This document shows, one piece after another, positions 7,819-18,439 of a DNA stretch of 18,439 nucleotides. This DNA comes from Kofleriaceae bacterium. Its GTDB lineage: Bacteria; Myxococcota_A; Polyangia; Haliangiales; Haliangiaceae. The notes under the pieces were generated by a model. The model was given only the letters and a program-made list of their open reading frames with translations, was not told where the DNA came from and made no database searches. How positions within the stretch are numbered: the stretch's first letter is position 1; each line of letters opens with the position of its first letter. A program made the translations under genes and the position numbers. Location: positions 1 through 18,439 of the forward strand of contig JBKJLC010000012.1 of NCBI GenBank assembly GCA_046597055.1, read 5' to 3'.

Positions 7819-10115
7819 CTATTGTCGGGGCCCGACCCGGACGAACCGGAGCGGACGGGCGAGAACCACCCCGACCACCGGCTGGCCGTGGACGACCGTG
7901 GTCACGATCGGGGCGCGCGCGCTCTCGACCGGCAGGTCGAGCGCGTCGACCGGCGTCCCGTCGGCGCGCAGCACGGTGGCCCGGGCCCCGCTGTCCGACG
8001 ACACCACCAGGGGCGCGCCCGCGGCCGGACCGCGCCCGGCGATCGCGATCGGGCCCGATCCGGGCAAGCTGGCCAGCACCCGCGGCACGCCGTCGCCGCC
8101 GAGCCCGACCACCAGGCCGTCGGCCCCGACCAGCCCGGTCGCGACCGCGAGGTCACCGGCCGGCCGCCAGCCCAGCGCCAGCGCGCCGCCGGCGACCGCG
8201 GCCCCGGTGTCGTCGAGGAAGTACAGGCTGCCATCGGTGAGCTCGGCGGCGATGCGGTCGCCGACCGACAGCAGGGCCGCCAGGGTGCCGCGCACCTCGA
8301 GCGCCGCCAGCGGGCGCAGGCCCAGGCGCGCCGAGCGCAGGACCACCCGGCCGTGCTCGTGGCTGGCGATCAGCGTGTCGCCGGCCCGCCGCACCACCGC
8401 CAGCCGCGGCCAGTAGCCGTCGCTGGTGCGCCAGCGCATGCGCTCCTCGCCGGTCGCGCCATCGAGCACCACCACCTGCGCGCCGACCACGACCAGCAGC
8501 ACGTCGCCCGGCGCGCGGGTGCTGCCGGCTGCCAGCACCGCATCGACGGTGTCGCCCCGCCACTCCCACGCCGGCGTGCCGTCGTCGCGGCGGACCGCGC
8601 GCACCGCGCCTTGCCCGGCCTGCACACCGCGCGCGCCACACACCACCACGTCGGCGGCGGCCGCCAGCGCGACCGGGGTGCCGGGCGGACAGGCCTCGGG
8701 CGCGTGCCAGCGCCACCCGTCGCGGTGCAGATCGTAGGCGGCCAGGCCGCCGCCGGTCGTCTCGGTCGGCTGGGCCTCGAGCACCCCGACGTACACCCGC
8801 TCCGGATCGCCGGGGTCGACAAAGGCGGCGCCCACCGCCCAGGCCCCGGCCCCGTCGCGCGCGACCCCGGCCGGGAGCGGGCGCGGCGCCGGCAGGTCCA
8901 CCCGCGGCGGGTCGCCGAGCAGCGGCGCCGGCAGCCCCGGGTTGGGCAGCGCCTCGGTCTCCGGGCGCGGCAGCGCCCAGCGCGCCACCTGGGCCGCCTG
9001 GGTCCGCGCCGGCGGGCGCCAGGGCCCCGCGACCAGGAACTGCTCGCCGAGCGCGACCTGGATCGCGCCGAACCCGGCGGTCACCGCGCGGGCGCCGCGG
9101 TCGTCGAGGATCACCAGCGTGCCGTCGCGCAGCGCGGTCAGCCGGCGCGCGCCCCGCCGCGCGACCAGCCGGTCGAGCACCACCGGCTCCAGCCGGCGCG
9201 GCGCGCCCAGCCGGCGGTCGCGGCCCTCGATGCCGGCGTCGGTCGCCAGCTCGACACCGTCGCCGGTGCGGGCCAGCCAGTAGTCGCGCGCGGCGATCGG
9301 GCCGCCGACCACCGCGCCGGTCGCCGGATCGAGCGCGAGCACCTCGCCGTTGCCGGCGATCAGCACGGTCGCACCGCACGCGTCGAGCCGCGCCGGTCGC
9401 GGCGCCGCTGCCGTCCACGCCACCCGCAACCCGTCGCCGTCGGGCTCCCAGCGCATCAGCGCGCCCCGGTGCCAGGCATAAAGATGCACCGGCGCCGCGC
9501 CGCACAGCGCGACCACCGCGGTGTCGGTCGCCGGCGGCACGCTTGGGTCGGCGCCCGGCGCCGGGACCGGCGGCGCCAGGCGCGGGCCGGCCTCGCCGGT
9601 GCGCGCGTCGACCACGACGATCCCGCCGGTGTCACTGGCCGCGATCAGCTCGCCGTCGCGCGCGCGGAACACCGCCTCGCGCTGCCAGCGCACGGCCCCC
9701 CCGGCGCGGTCGATGCCGACCAGCCGCGCGCCGTCCCCGGCGATCACCGTGGTCGCCGTGATCGCGTAGGGCGGCACCCCGGCGGTGCGCTCGCGCCAGC
9801 GCACCACCCCGGCGTCGACGTCGATCAGCTCGAGCACCAGCCCGTCGCCGGTCGGGCCGAACACGACCGCCTCGGCCGCCCCCTCGGGCGCGGCCAGCAG
9901 GCTCTCGACCACCACTGCCCCGCCCGTGACGCCGGGGCCCGCGACGATGCCGGCGCCGGCCAGGGACAGCGGCATCACGCCGCGACCGAACCCTCCGGTG
10001 GTCGGTGGACGCGGCGCCAGCGGCAGCGGCGCGTCGTACAGCCACGGGACGATCGGCGGCGACTCGGCCTGGCAAGCCGCCAGCCCGAGCGCGCCGAGCA
10101 GCGCGCAGCGCCGGC

Positions 10116-10119
<4 letters not shown>
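7819..10119 (-). CDS. PQQ-like/BamB-type beta-propeller repeat lipoprotein, about 766 aa
   Basis: This is the C-terminal part of track ORF 7819..11148. GTG 10119 overlaps the thiolase TGA (GTGA). [16 protein letters not shown] contains a lipobox. Repeated Trp-docking motifs: [67 protein letters not shown]. Confidence 0.8.
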
Positions 10120-11348
<1,229 letters not shown>

Positions 11349-11459
11349 GGCGCCGAACATGGTCCAGAACCGGCGCCGAGGCAACCGTCACCGCCGCATG
11401 CCGCGGCAACCGGGTCCACCGCGACGCTCGAGGCCGGCGCCGGTGCGACCGAGTGCGCA

Positions 11460-11468
11460 TGCTACCCT
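11460..11468 (+). promoter_or_regulatory. Putative extended -10 element TG-C-TACCCT, 7 nt before ATG 11476
   Basis: Plus strand reads TGc TACCCT tggcccg ATG. Confidence 0.55.
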
Positions 11469-11475
11469 TGGCCCG

Positions 11476-12051
11476 ATGTTGCAGGGCCGGCGCCTTCACC
11501 GCTACACGTACGCCGAGTACGTCGCGCTCGAGCGCGAGAGCCCGACCAAGCACGAGTTCCTGGACGGCGAGATCTACGCGATGGCGGGCGGGTCCGAGGA
11601 GCACTCGGCCCTGGCCGCCGAGGTGGTCCGCGCCCTGGGCAACGCGCTCGGCGACCGCCCATGTCGCGTCCACGCGTCCGACCTGCGGATCTACGTGGAG
11701 GCCGTGGGCCTGGCGACGTTCCCGGACGCCGCGGTCGTGTGCGGGCCGCTCGAGCAGCACGGCCCCAGCCCGAACGCCACCGCGGTCAACCCGCTGGTGC
11801 TGGTCGAGGTCACCAGCGACTCGTCGGTCGAGTACGACACCGGCCTCAAGCTCGAGGCGTACCAGACCATCCCGACGCTGCGCGACTACGTCGTCATCTC
11901 GCACCGCGAGCGTCGGGTCACCGTGCACCACCGCGGCGAGGGCGGCGCCTGGACGACCCGGCTCGCGATCGCGGGCGGCCAGGTCGCGGTCGCGAGCCTT
12001 GGCGCCATCCTCGTCGTCGACGAGCTGTTTCGACGCAGCGCGATCGGGTGA
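11476..12051 (+). CDS. Uma2 (DUF820) family PD-(D/E)XK putative endonuclease, about 191 aa
   Basis: Signature motifs TYAEYVALE..KHEFLDGEIYAMAGGSEEH, FPDAAVVC, LVEVTSDSS, YDTGLKLEAYQTIPTLRDYVVIS. Confidence 0.93.
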   Translation: MLQGRRLHRYTYAEYVALERESPTKHEFLDGEIYAMAGGSEEHSALAAEVVRALGNALGDRPCRVHASDLRIYVEAVGLATFPDAAVVCGPLEQHGPSPNATAVNPLVLVEVTSDSSVEYDTGLKLEAYQTIPTLRDYVVISHRERRVTVHHRGEGGAWTTRLAIAGGQVAVASLGAILVVDELFRRSAIG

Positions 12052-12067
12052 CCGCGCGAGGGCGGCG

Positions 12068-12622
12068 TCAGTGGAGCCCGGGGCCCACGTGGTACAGCAT
12101 CAGGTAGACGATCACGCCGGTCACCGAGACGTACAGCCAGATCGGATACGCATAGCGGACCACCTTGCGGTGGCGCGGCAGCTGGTTCTTGAACGCGAAC
12201 CACAGGGCGCGCAGGACCAGCGGCACCACCGCCACCGCGAGCACCATGTGCGAGAACAGGATCACCAGGTAGATCGTCTTGTCGATCCCGTCGCCCGGAT
12301 AGCGATGGGCGCCGGTGGTCGCGAACCGGATCAGGTAGCTGATCAGGAACACCGTCGAGGTCGCGAACGCCGCCACCATGCACGAGCGGTGCAGCTCGCG
12401 GGCGCCGCGCCGGATCGCCAGGCCGCCGGCGATCACGAACACCGCGCTCGACGCGTTGAGCATCGCGTTGAGGGCCGGGTGGATCCGGTCCCACGGCCAG
12501 TCGCTCTGCGCCAGCCAGCCGGCGAGCGGCACCATCGCCAGGCCGATCGCCAGGCACAGCCAGCCGAACGGCCGCGCGAACAGCCGGCGCCCGGCCGGGC
12601 CCCCGGTCTCAGAGGCGGCCAT
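12068..12622 (-). CDS. DUF420 family membrane protein (CtaM/YozB-like cytochrome oxidase assembly factor), about 184 aa
   Basis: [63 protein letters not shown]. The start overlaps the end of cyoE. Confidence 0.9.
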   Translation of the reverse strand: MAASETGGPAGRRLFARPFGWLCLAIGLAMVPLAGWLAQSDWPWDRIHPALNAMLNASSAVFVIAGGLAIRRGARELHRSCMVAAFATSTVFLISYLIRFATTGAHRYPGDGIDKTIYLVILFSHMVLAVAVVPLVLRALWFAFKNQLPRHRKVVRYAYPIWLYVSVTGVIVYLMLYHVGPGLH

Positions 12623-13514
12623 CGAGCACCATCGCGAGGAAGACCGCGGGCAGGTAGACGATCGACGCCAGGAACACGTTGCGCGCCCAGCGGGCATCGC
12701 CGCGGAACAGGCCGCTGGCGACGTAGCCGGCGTAGCCGAGGCCGCCGATCGACGCGACCGCCAAATAGATGACGCCGCACACGCCGAGCGGATAGAGCAT
12801 GAGGCTGACCAGCAGCTGCACGACCGCGTAGAGCGCCATCTCGATCCGGGTCGCCACCGCCCCACGCGCGCCCGGCAGGGTCGCCAGGCCGGCGCGCTGG
12901 TAGTCCTTGAGCCGGTACAGCGTGATCGCGTGGAAGTGCGGGATCTGCCAGACGAAGAGCACGCCGAACACGACCAACCCGCCGGCGTCGACCTTGCCGG
13001 TCACCGCGGTCCAGCCCATCAGCGCCGGCATCGCGCCCGGCAGCGCGCCGATCCACACGGCGACGTGCGAGCGCTGCTTCATCGGCGTGTAGACCATCAC
13101 GTAGGCGACGAACGCGATCACCGCGAGCATGCCGGTGATGGGCCCGGCCGCGCCGAGCCCGAAGGTCAGGACCGGCACCGCCAGCATCGCCTGGGCGACG
13201 CCGAGGAACAGCGCGACCTGCGGATCGAGCCGCCCGGCCGGCAGCGGCCGGTCCTTGGTGCGCGCCATCAGGCAGTCGACCTCGCGCTCGAGGTACATGT
13301 TGAGCGTGTTGGCGGCGCCGACGATGAGCGCGGTGCCGAGCAGCATCACCAGCGCGCGGCCGAGCGTGAACGGCCCCGGCGCCAGGCTCATGCCGCCGGC
13401 GGCGGTCAGGAGCGCCATCACCGCGATGCGCGGCTTGACCAGGGCAATCACGTCGGCGGCGGCGATGCGGCGGCGGCCGCCGGCGAACGTCGCGAGCGCG
13501 GGCTCGAGGCTCAT
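12609..13514 (-). CDS. cyoE: Protoheme IX farnesyltransferase (heme O synthase, CyoE/CtaB), about 301 aa
   Basis: [62 protein letters not shown] 13514 overlaps the ctaA stop (ATGA). Confidence 0.95.
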   Translation of the reverse strand: MSLEPALATFAGGRRRIAAADVIALVKPRIAVMALLTAAGGMSLAPGPFTLGRALVMLLGTALIVGAANTLNMYLEREVDCLMARTKDRPLPAGRLDPQVALFLGVAQAMLAVPVLTFGLGAAGPITGMLAVIAFVAYVMVYTPMKQRSHVAVWIGALPGAMPALMGWTAVTGKVDAGGLVVFGVLFVWQIPHFHAITLYRLKDYQRAGLATLPGARGAVATRIEMALYAVVQLLVSLMLYPLGVCGVIYLAVASIGGLGYAGYVASGLFRGDARWARNVFLASIVYLPAVFLAMVLDGRL

Positions 13515-14458
13515 GGCACCACGCCCGCCTGCACGCCGCGCCGCTCGCGGCCCGAGCGCAGCGCGCGGTGCCCGCTGCCGGTCACGATGTAGGCGCCGAT
13601 CCACGCGCTCCACAGCAGCATGGCGCCGGCGAAGTGACCGACCGCGGCCGCGGTCGAGCGCAGGGTGAGCACGGTCAGGACGCCGAGGGTGACCTGGGCG
13701 ATCGCCACCACCGGCGCGACCAGGACCAGGCGGCGCAGCCCCGACCAGCCGGCCGATCGCTGCCACACCTGGGCCGCGGCGTAGAGCGTCACCAGCGCGG
13801 TGACCACGCCGAAGCCGCGGTGGAGCATGTGCACGCGCTGCTCGAAGCCGGGCGGCCACCACGCCTCGAGGCTACACGCCGGCATGTCCAGACAGACCAG
13901 GGTGGCCTCGAGATGGCGCACCAGCGCGCCGAGCGTGAGCTGCACCAGCAAGGTGCCGAGCGCGATCTTGATCCACACCCGACCGACCCCGAGGGCCGCG
14001 ACCCGATCGCGGTGGGTGTTGGCCTCGGCCGGGAGCGGTCCGGTCGTCGGGCGGGTGAGATACACGACGTAGAGCAGCGTCGCGAAGTAGCCCATCCCGA
14101 ACAGCAGGTGCGCGGTCGACACGTACCAGGGCAGCTTGGTGTAGACGGTCAGCGCGCCCAGCGCGCCCTGCGCACACACCATGCCGAACGTGCCCCACGC
14201 CAGGCCCCGGAGCTCGGCGCGGCGGCGCAGCAGCAGGAACGTGAGGATGATCTGCAGGAGGCCGAGCACCTGCCCCCACTGGCGGTGGCCGTGCTCGAAC
14301 AGCACGCCGCCCGTCATCTCGGGGAACAGCTCGCCGTTGCAGATGAAGGAGGCTTCGGGACACGCAAGGCTCGCGCCCTGCACGTTCACGTTGCCGCCGA
14401 TCACCAGCATGCAGAAGGTGAAGAGCGCGACGAACTTGGCCCAGCGGTGCTCGAACAT
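13511..14458 (-). CDS. ctaA: Heme A synthase (COX15/CtaA family, type 1), about 315 aa
   Basis: This is the C-terminal part of track ORF 13511..16639. Both Cys pairs are present ([18 protein letters not shown]), along with FEHGHR, TAHL, HMLHRG and VGHF, and multiple TM helices. An AGGTGG Shine-Dalgarno-like sequence lies upstream of ATG 14458. Confidence 0.92.
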   Translation of the reverse strand: MFEHRWAKFVALFTFCMLVIGGNVNVQGASLACPEASFICNGELFPEMTGGVLFEHGHRQWGQVLGLLQIILTFLLLRRRAELRGLAWGTFGMVCAQGALGALTVYTKLPWYVSTAHLLFGMGYFATLLYVVYLTRPTTGPLPAEANTHRDRVAALGVGRVWIKIALGTLLVQLTLGALVRHLEATLVCLDMPACSLEAWWPPGFEQRVHMLHRGFGVVTALVTLYAAAQVWQRSAGWSGLRRLVLVAPVVAIAQVTLGVLTVLTLRSTAAAVGHFAGAMLLWSAWIGAYIVTGSGHRALRSGRERRGVQAGVVP

Positions 14459-14536
14459 GTCGTCTGCCACCTGTGATGCGGGCGGCTGCTGGCAAGTACC
14501 ATGCGACCGCACGCAGAGGCCGCGATCCTCGGTCGC

Positions 14537-14620
14537 TGCGACAATTTGTCTGCGCCGCCGGCCGTCGTCCACACCTGCGGTGTGATCCGGCGGTGCGTCA
14601 TGCTGCGACCAAACCGCAGC
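14537..14620. promoter_or_regulatory. Candidate RegA/PrrA/RegR-like operator sites in the ctaA/kinase divergent intergenic region
   Basis: TGCGAC-AATTT-GTCTGCG at 14537-14554 and the inverted repeat GCTGCG-ACCAAAC-CGCAGC at 14602-14620 resemble the GCGNC-(AT-rich)-GNCGC consensus. Confidence 0.4.
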
Positions 14621-14659
14621 CGATCCAGCGGCTTGCACGGTGGTGGCGGCCGCGGTGCA

Positions 14660-14688
14660 TTGAGGTCTGGGACGGGCCGGCGTACCAT
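14660..14688 (+). promoter_or_regulatory. Putative sigma70-type promoter TTGAGG-N17-TACCAT for the kinase gene
   Basis: -35-like TTGAGG at 14660-14665, a 17-nt spacer, and -10-like TACCAT at 14683-14688, 13 nt before ATG 14702. Confidence 0.55.
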
Positions 14689-14701
14689 CGGTCAGCTGCC
14701 G

Positions 14702-16645
14702 ATGACGCCACCACCCTGGGTGGAGAACACCCAAATCGGCCTCATGCGGGCGGACGACCTCCTCCGCGCCGATCTGGTCTTCGCGTACGGCCGGTACCTG
14801 TACCGGACGGTCGGCACCCACCTCGCGGCCGGGGGCATGGGCAGCGTCTCGCACATGGAGCGCCGGCTCGAGGGCCAGGGCGGGATCGAGGAGGTGGTCG
14901 GCAAGACCTTCCACGCCAACTACCTGCACCAGATCCGCTCGGACGAGGTCACCCGGCGCGACCACCACATCAACCTGGCGGCGGTGGCGCGGATCGCGGC
15001 GGTCTCCCACCCGGGGCTCTTGCCGATCTACGTCGCGGCGCCGCTGTCGGACAACTACTTGTTCGTCACGCCGCGCATGGGCCCGACCCTGCTCGAGGCG
15101 ATCACCAAGCACAAGCTGACCGCGCGGGCCCGCACCCTGTTGCTGATGCAGGCGCTCGACGCGCTCGGCCACATGCACGACGTGCGGCTGCTCCACCGCG
15201 ACTTCACCCTGCGCAACGTGCTGCTCGACGACCGGGCCACGGTCGCGTACCTGTTCGACTTCGATCTCGCGGTGTCGCTCGACGACGTCACCGGCGCGAC
15301 CTTCGCCACTCACTACAAGGGCCGGGTGTTCGGCTCGCCCGGCTACTCGGTGCCACCCGAGACCATCGACCCCGGCCTGTCCGACCTCCCGGTCGCGGCG
15401 ACCCTCGACGTGTTCGCGGTCGGCGGCGCGCTGCACGCGCTGTTCACCGACCAGCTGCCCTACGGCCCCACCGACGACATGTGGGGCCTCCTGATGCGCA
15501 TCAGCGACGGCATCGTCGTCAGCGGCAAGAGCAGCGTGCACTACCCGGACACGGTGCCGCGGCCGCTGCGCCCGATCATCGAGCGCTGCCTCGAGCGCGA
15601 TCCGGGCGCGCGCTACCAGCGCATCTCGGCGGTGATCGCGGACCTGCGCGCGGTCTTGCCCGAGCTCGACGACCGCTCGGCCGAGCGGTTCTTCCACTCG
15701 GCGACCATGGGCGCGCCCGTGATCGACCGCGCGGCCCGGCTGCACGCGGTGTTCAGCCGGCGCCGCGACGAGACCATCACGCGGCCGATGATCGATCTGG
15801 CCGACGCCGCGGTGGCGACCTGGGGCTACGAGCTGCAGCGCTGCCTGGGCCGGGTCAAGGGCCATCCGGTGTACGTCGCGACCGCGCGGGTCGAGCTGGT
15901 CTCGGCCGGCTCGTTCCCCGACGCCAACACCTTCCCCAAGACCGTCACGGTGATCGACCTGCACGCGGTCGCCGATCCGCGCAGCCTGGTCGAGGCCTGG
16001 ACCCAGGTCTACCTGCCCACGCTCAAGAAGGTGCGGCGCGGGATGATGACCACGCTGCACAAGGTCATCCTCGACACCAACACCGGCTCGCTGCTGCTGT
16101 TCAGCGAGTTCATCGACGACCCGCGGTTCGGCAGCCAGCTGGCCGACGTCGATCTCCACGTCAGCGGTGCGCTCGCGCTCGGCTTCCTGGTCACCCGCCA
16201 GGTCGCGCTGCTCCACGAGAGCGGCATGGCCCACAACAACGTCCATCCCGGCGCGCTGCTGTTCAAGGCGGCGACCGACACCCGCATGATCCAGCCGGCG
16301 ATGATCGGGCTGGTCGAGCCGTCGCTTGCGCCCGAGGCGATCGCCGCCGACGCCCGCGCGATCGCGGCGATGATCCTGTCGTGGCTCCGCCCGGCTCGCA
16401 TCCTGGCGCTCAACGCGCGGGTGCGGCCCGCGTTCGAGGAGGTCCGCGGCCGGATGTCGGCGCTGGCGACCGATCGCACCGGCAGCGCGCGCATCGACGA
16501 GCTGGTCGCCAGCCTGTCCGACGGCCTCGCGCTGGTCGACTTCAACTTCTCGGTGCTGCGCGACTCGGGCGGCGACCTCGAGGAGCACGCCCAGCTGGTG
16601 CTGAGCCATCGCGGGTATCACCTGCTCTGGCCCGAGCACCGCTGA
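14702..16645 (+). CDS. Atypical Hanks-type protein kinase with a C-terminal degenerate (pseudo)kinase domain, about 647 aa
   Basis: N-terminal domain: LAAGGMGSV, VVGK, SHPGLL, LHRDFTLRNVLL, FDFDLA, FGSPGYSVPPE, DVFAVG, IIERCLERDPGARY. C-terminal domain: YELQRCLGR, LLLFSEFID, QVALLHESGMAHNNVHPGALLF, ADARAIAAMI. The track start at 14501 is likely overextended. Confidence 0.85.
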   Translation: MTPPPWVENTQIGLMRADDLLRADLVFAYGRYLYRTVGTHLAAGGMGSVSHMERRLEGQGGIEEVVGKTFHANYLHQIRSDEVTRRDHHINLAAVARIAAVSHPGLLPIYVAAPLSDNYLFVTPRMGPTLLEAITKHKLTARARTLLLMQALDALGHMHDVRLLHRDFTLRNVLLDDRATVAYLFDFDLAVSLDDVTGATFATHYKGRVFGSPGYSVPPETIDPGLSDLPVAATLDVFAVGGALHALFTDQLPYGPTDDMWGLLMRISDGIVVSGKSSVHYPDTVPRPLRPIIERCLERDPGARYQRISAVIADLRAVLPELDDRSAERFFHSATMGAPVIDRAARLHAVFSRRRDETITRPMIDLADAAVATWGYELQRCLGRVKGHPVYVATARVELVSAGSFPDANTFPKTVTVIDLHAVADPRSLVEAWTQVYLPTLKKVRRGMMTTLHKVILDTNTGSLLLFSEFIDDPRFGSQLADVDLHVSGALALGFLVTRQVALLHESGMAHNNVHPGALLFKAATDTRMIQPAMIGLVEPSLAPEAIAADARAIAAMILSWLRPARILALNARVRPAFEEVRGRMSALATDRTGSARIDELVASLSDGLALVDFNFSVLRDSGGDLEEHAQLVLSHRGYHLLWPEHR

Positions 16646-16735
16646 CCTCGGGCGCCGGGCTCAGCGCCGTTCCCAGCCCGGGACGCCGGACCGGGCCCGC
16701 GACCGCTCGAAGCCCCTCCGCGGCCACCGCGCGAA

Positions 16736-16744
16736 TGGTACGGT
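16736..16744 (+). promoter_or_regulatory. Putative extended -10 element TG-G-TACGGT, 8 nt before ATG 16753
   Basis: Plus strand reads gaa TGg TACGGT ccgcgcct ATG. Confidence 0.55.
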
Positions 16745-16752
16745 CCGCGCCT

Positions 16753-18439
<1,687 letters not shown>

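Noticed and set aside
14486..14502. Sigma54-like TGGTAC...GC on the minus strand upstream of ctaA
   Set aside because: The GG-to-GC spacing is one base short of the strict -24/-12 geometry.
13511..16639. 1042-aa minus-strand ORF that looks like a giant CtaA fusion
   Set aside because: The first ~727 codons are mostly the antisense shadow of the plus-strand kinase plus the intergenic region. Only 13511-14458 has CtaA motifs.

Overview
Very GC-rich bacterial chromosomal window. Myxococcota is inferred from a MYXO-CTERM-like sorting tail, many lipoproteins with DA/P-rich linkers and a eukaryote-like kinase. I call 14 CDSs. Minus strand, 1-11348: two tandem paralogous lipoproteins (the first runs off the window edge and is absent from the ORF track), a heparinase II/III-like polysaccharide lyase with a MYXO-CTERM-like tail, an OB-fold-like lipoprotein coupled to an orphan TPR-like protein, a 219-aa hypothetical protein, and a thiolase coupled to a large PQQ-type beta-propeller lipoprotein. 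Next come a Uma2 endonuclease (+), the heme A/heme O operon ctaA-cyoE-DUF420 (-), a divergent atypical kinase-pseudokinase (+) and a lipoprotein prolyl oligopeptidase (+, truncated, also absent from the track). Three signals stand out: (1) a soluble tandem kinase + pseudokinase with a tyrosine-kinase-like catalytic loop (HRDFTLRN) and DFD in place of DFG; (2) a recurring TANNNT -10 hexamer 6-8 nt upstream of most start codons, suggesting pervasive leaderless transcription; (3) RegA/PrrA-like boxes between ctaA and the kinase. No rRNA, tRNA, CRISPR array or IS element was seen. All family calls come from motif recognition by eye, not from database searches.
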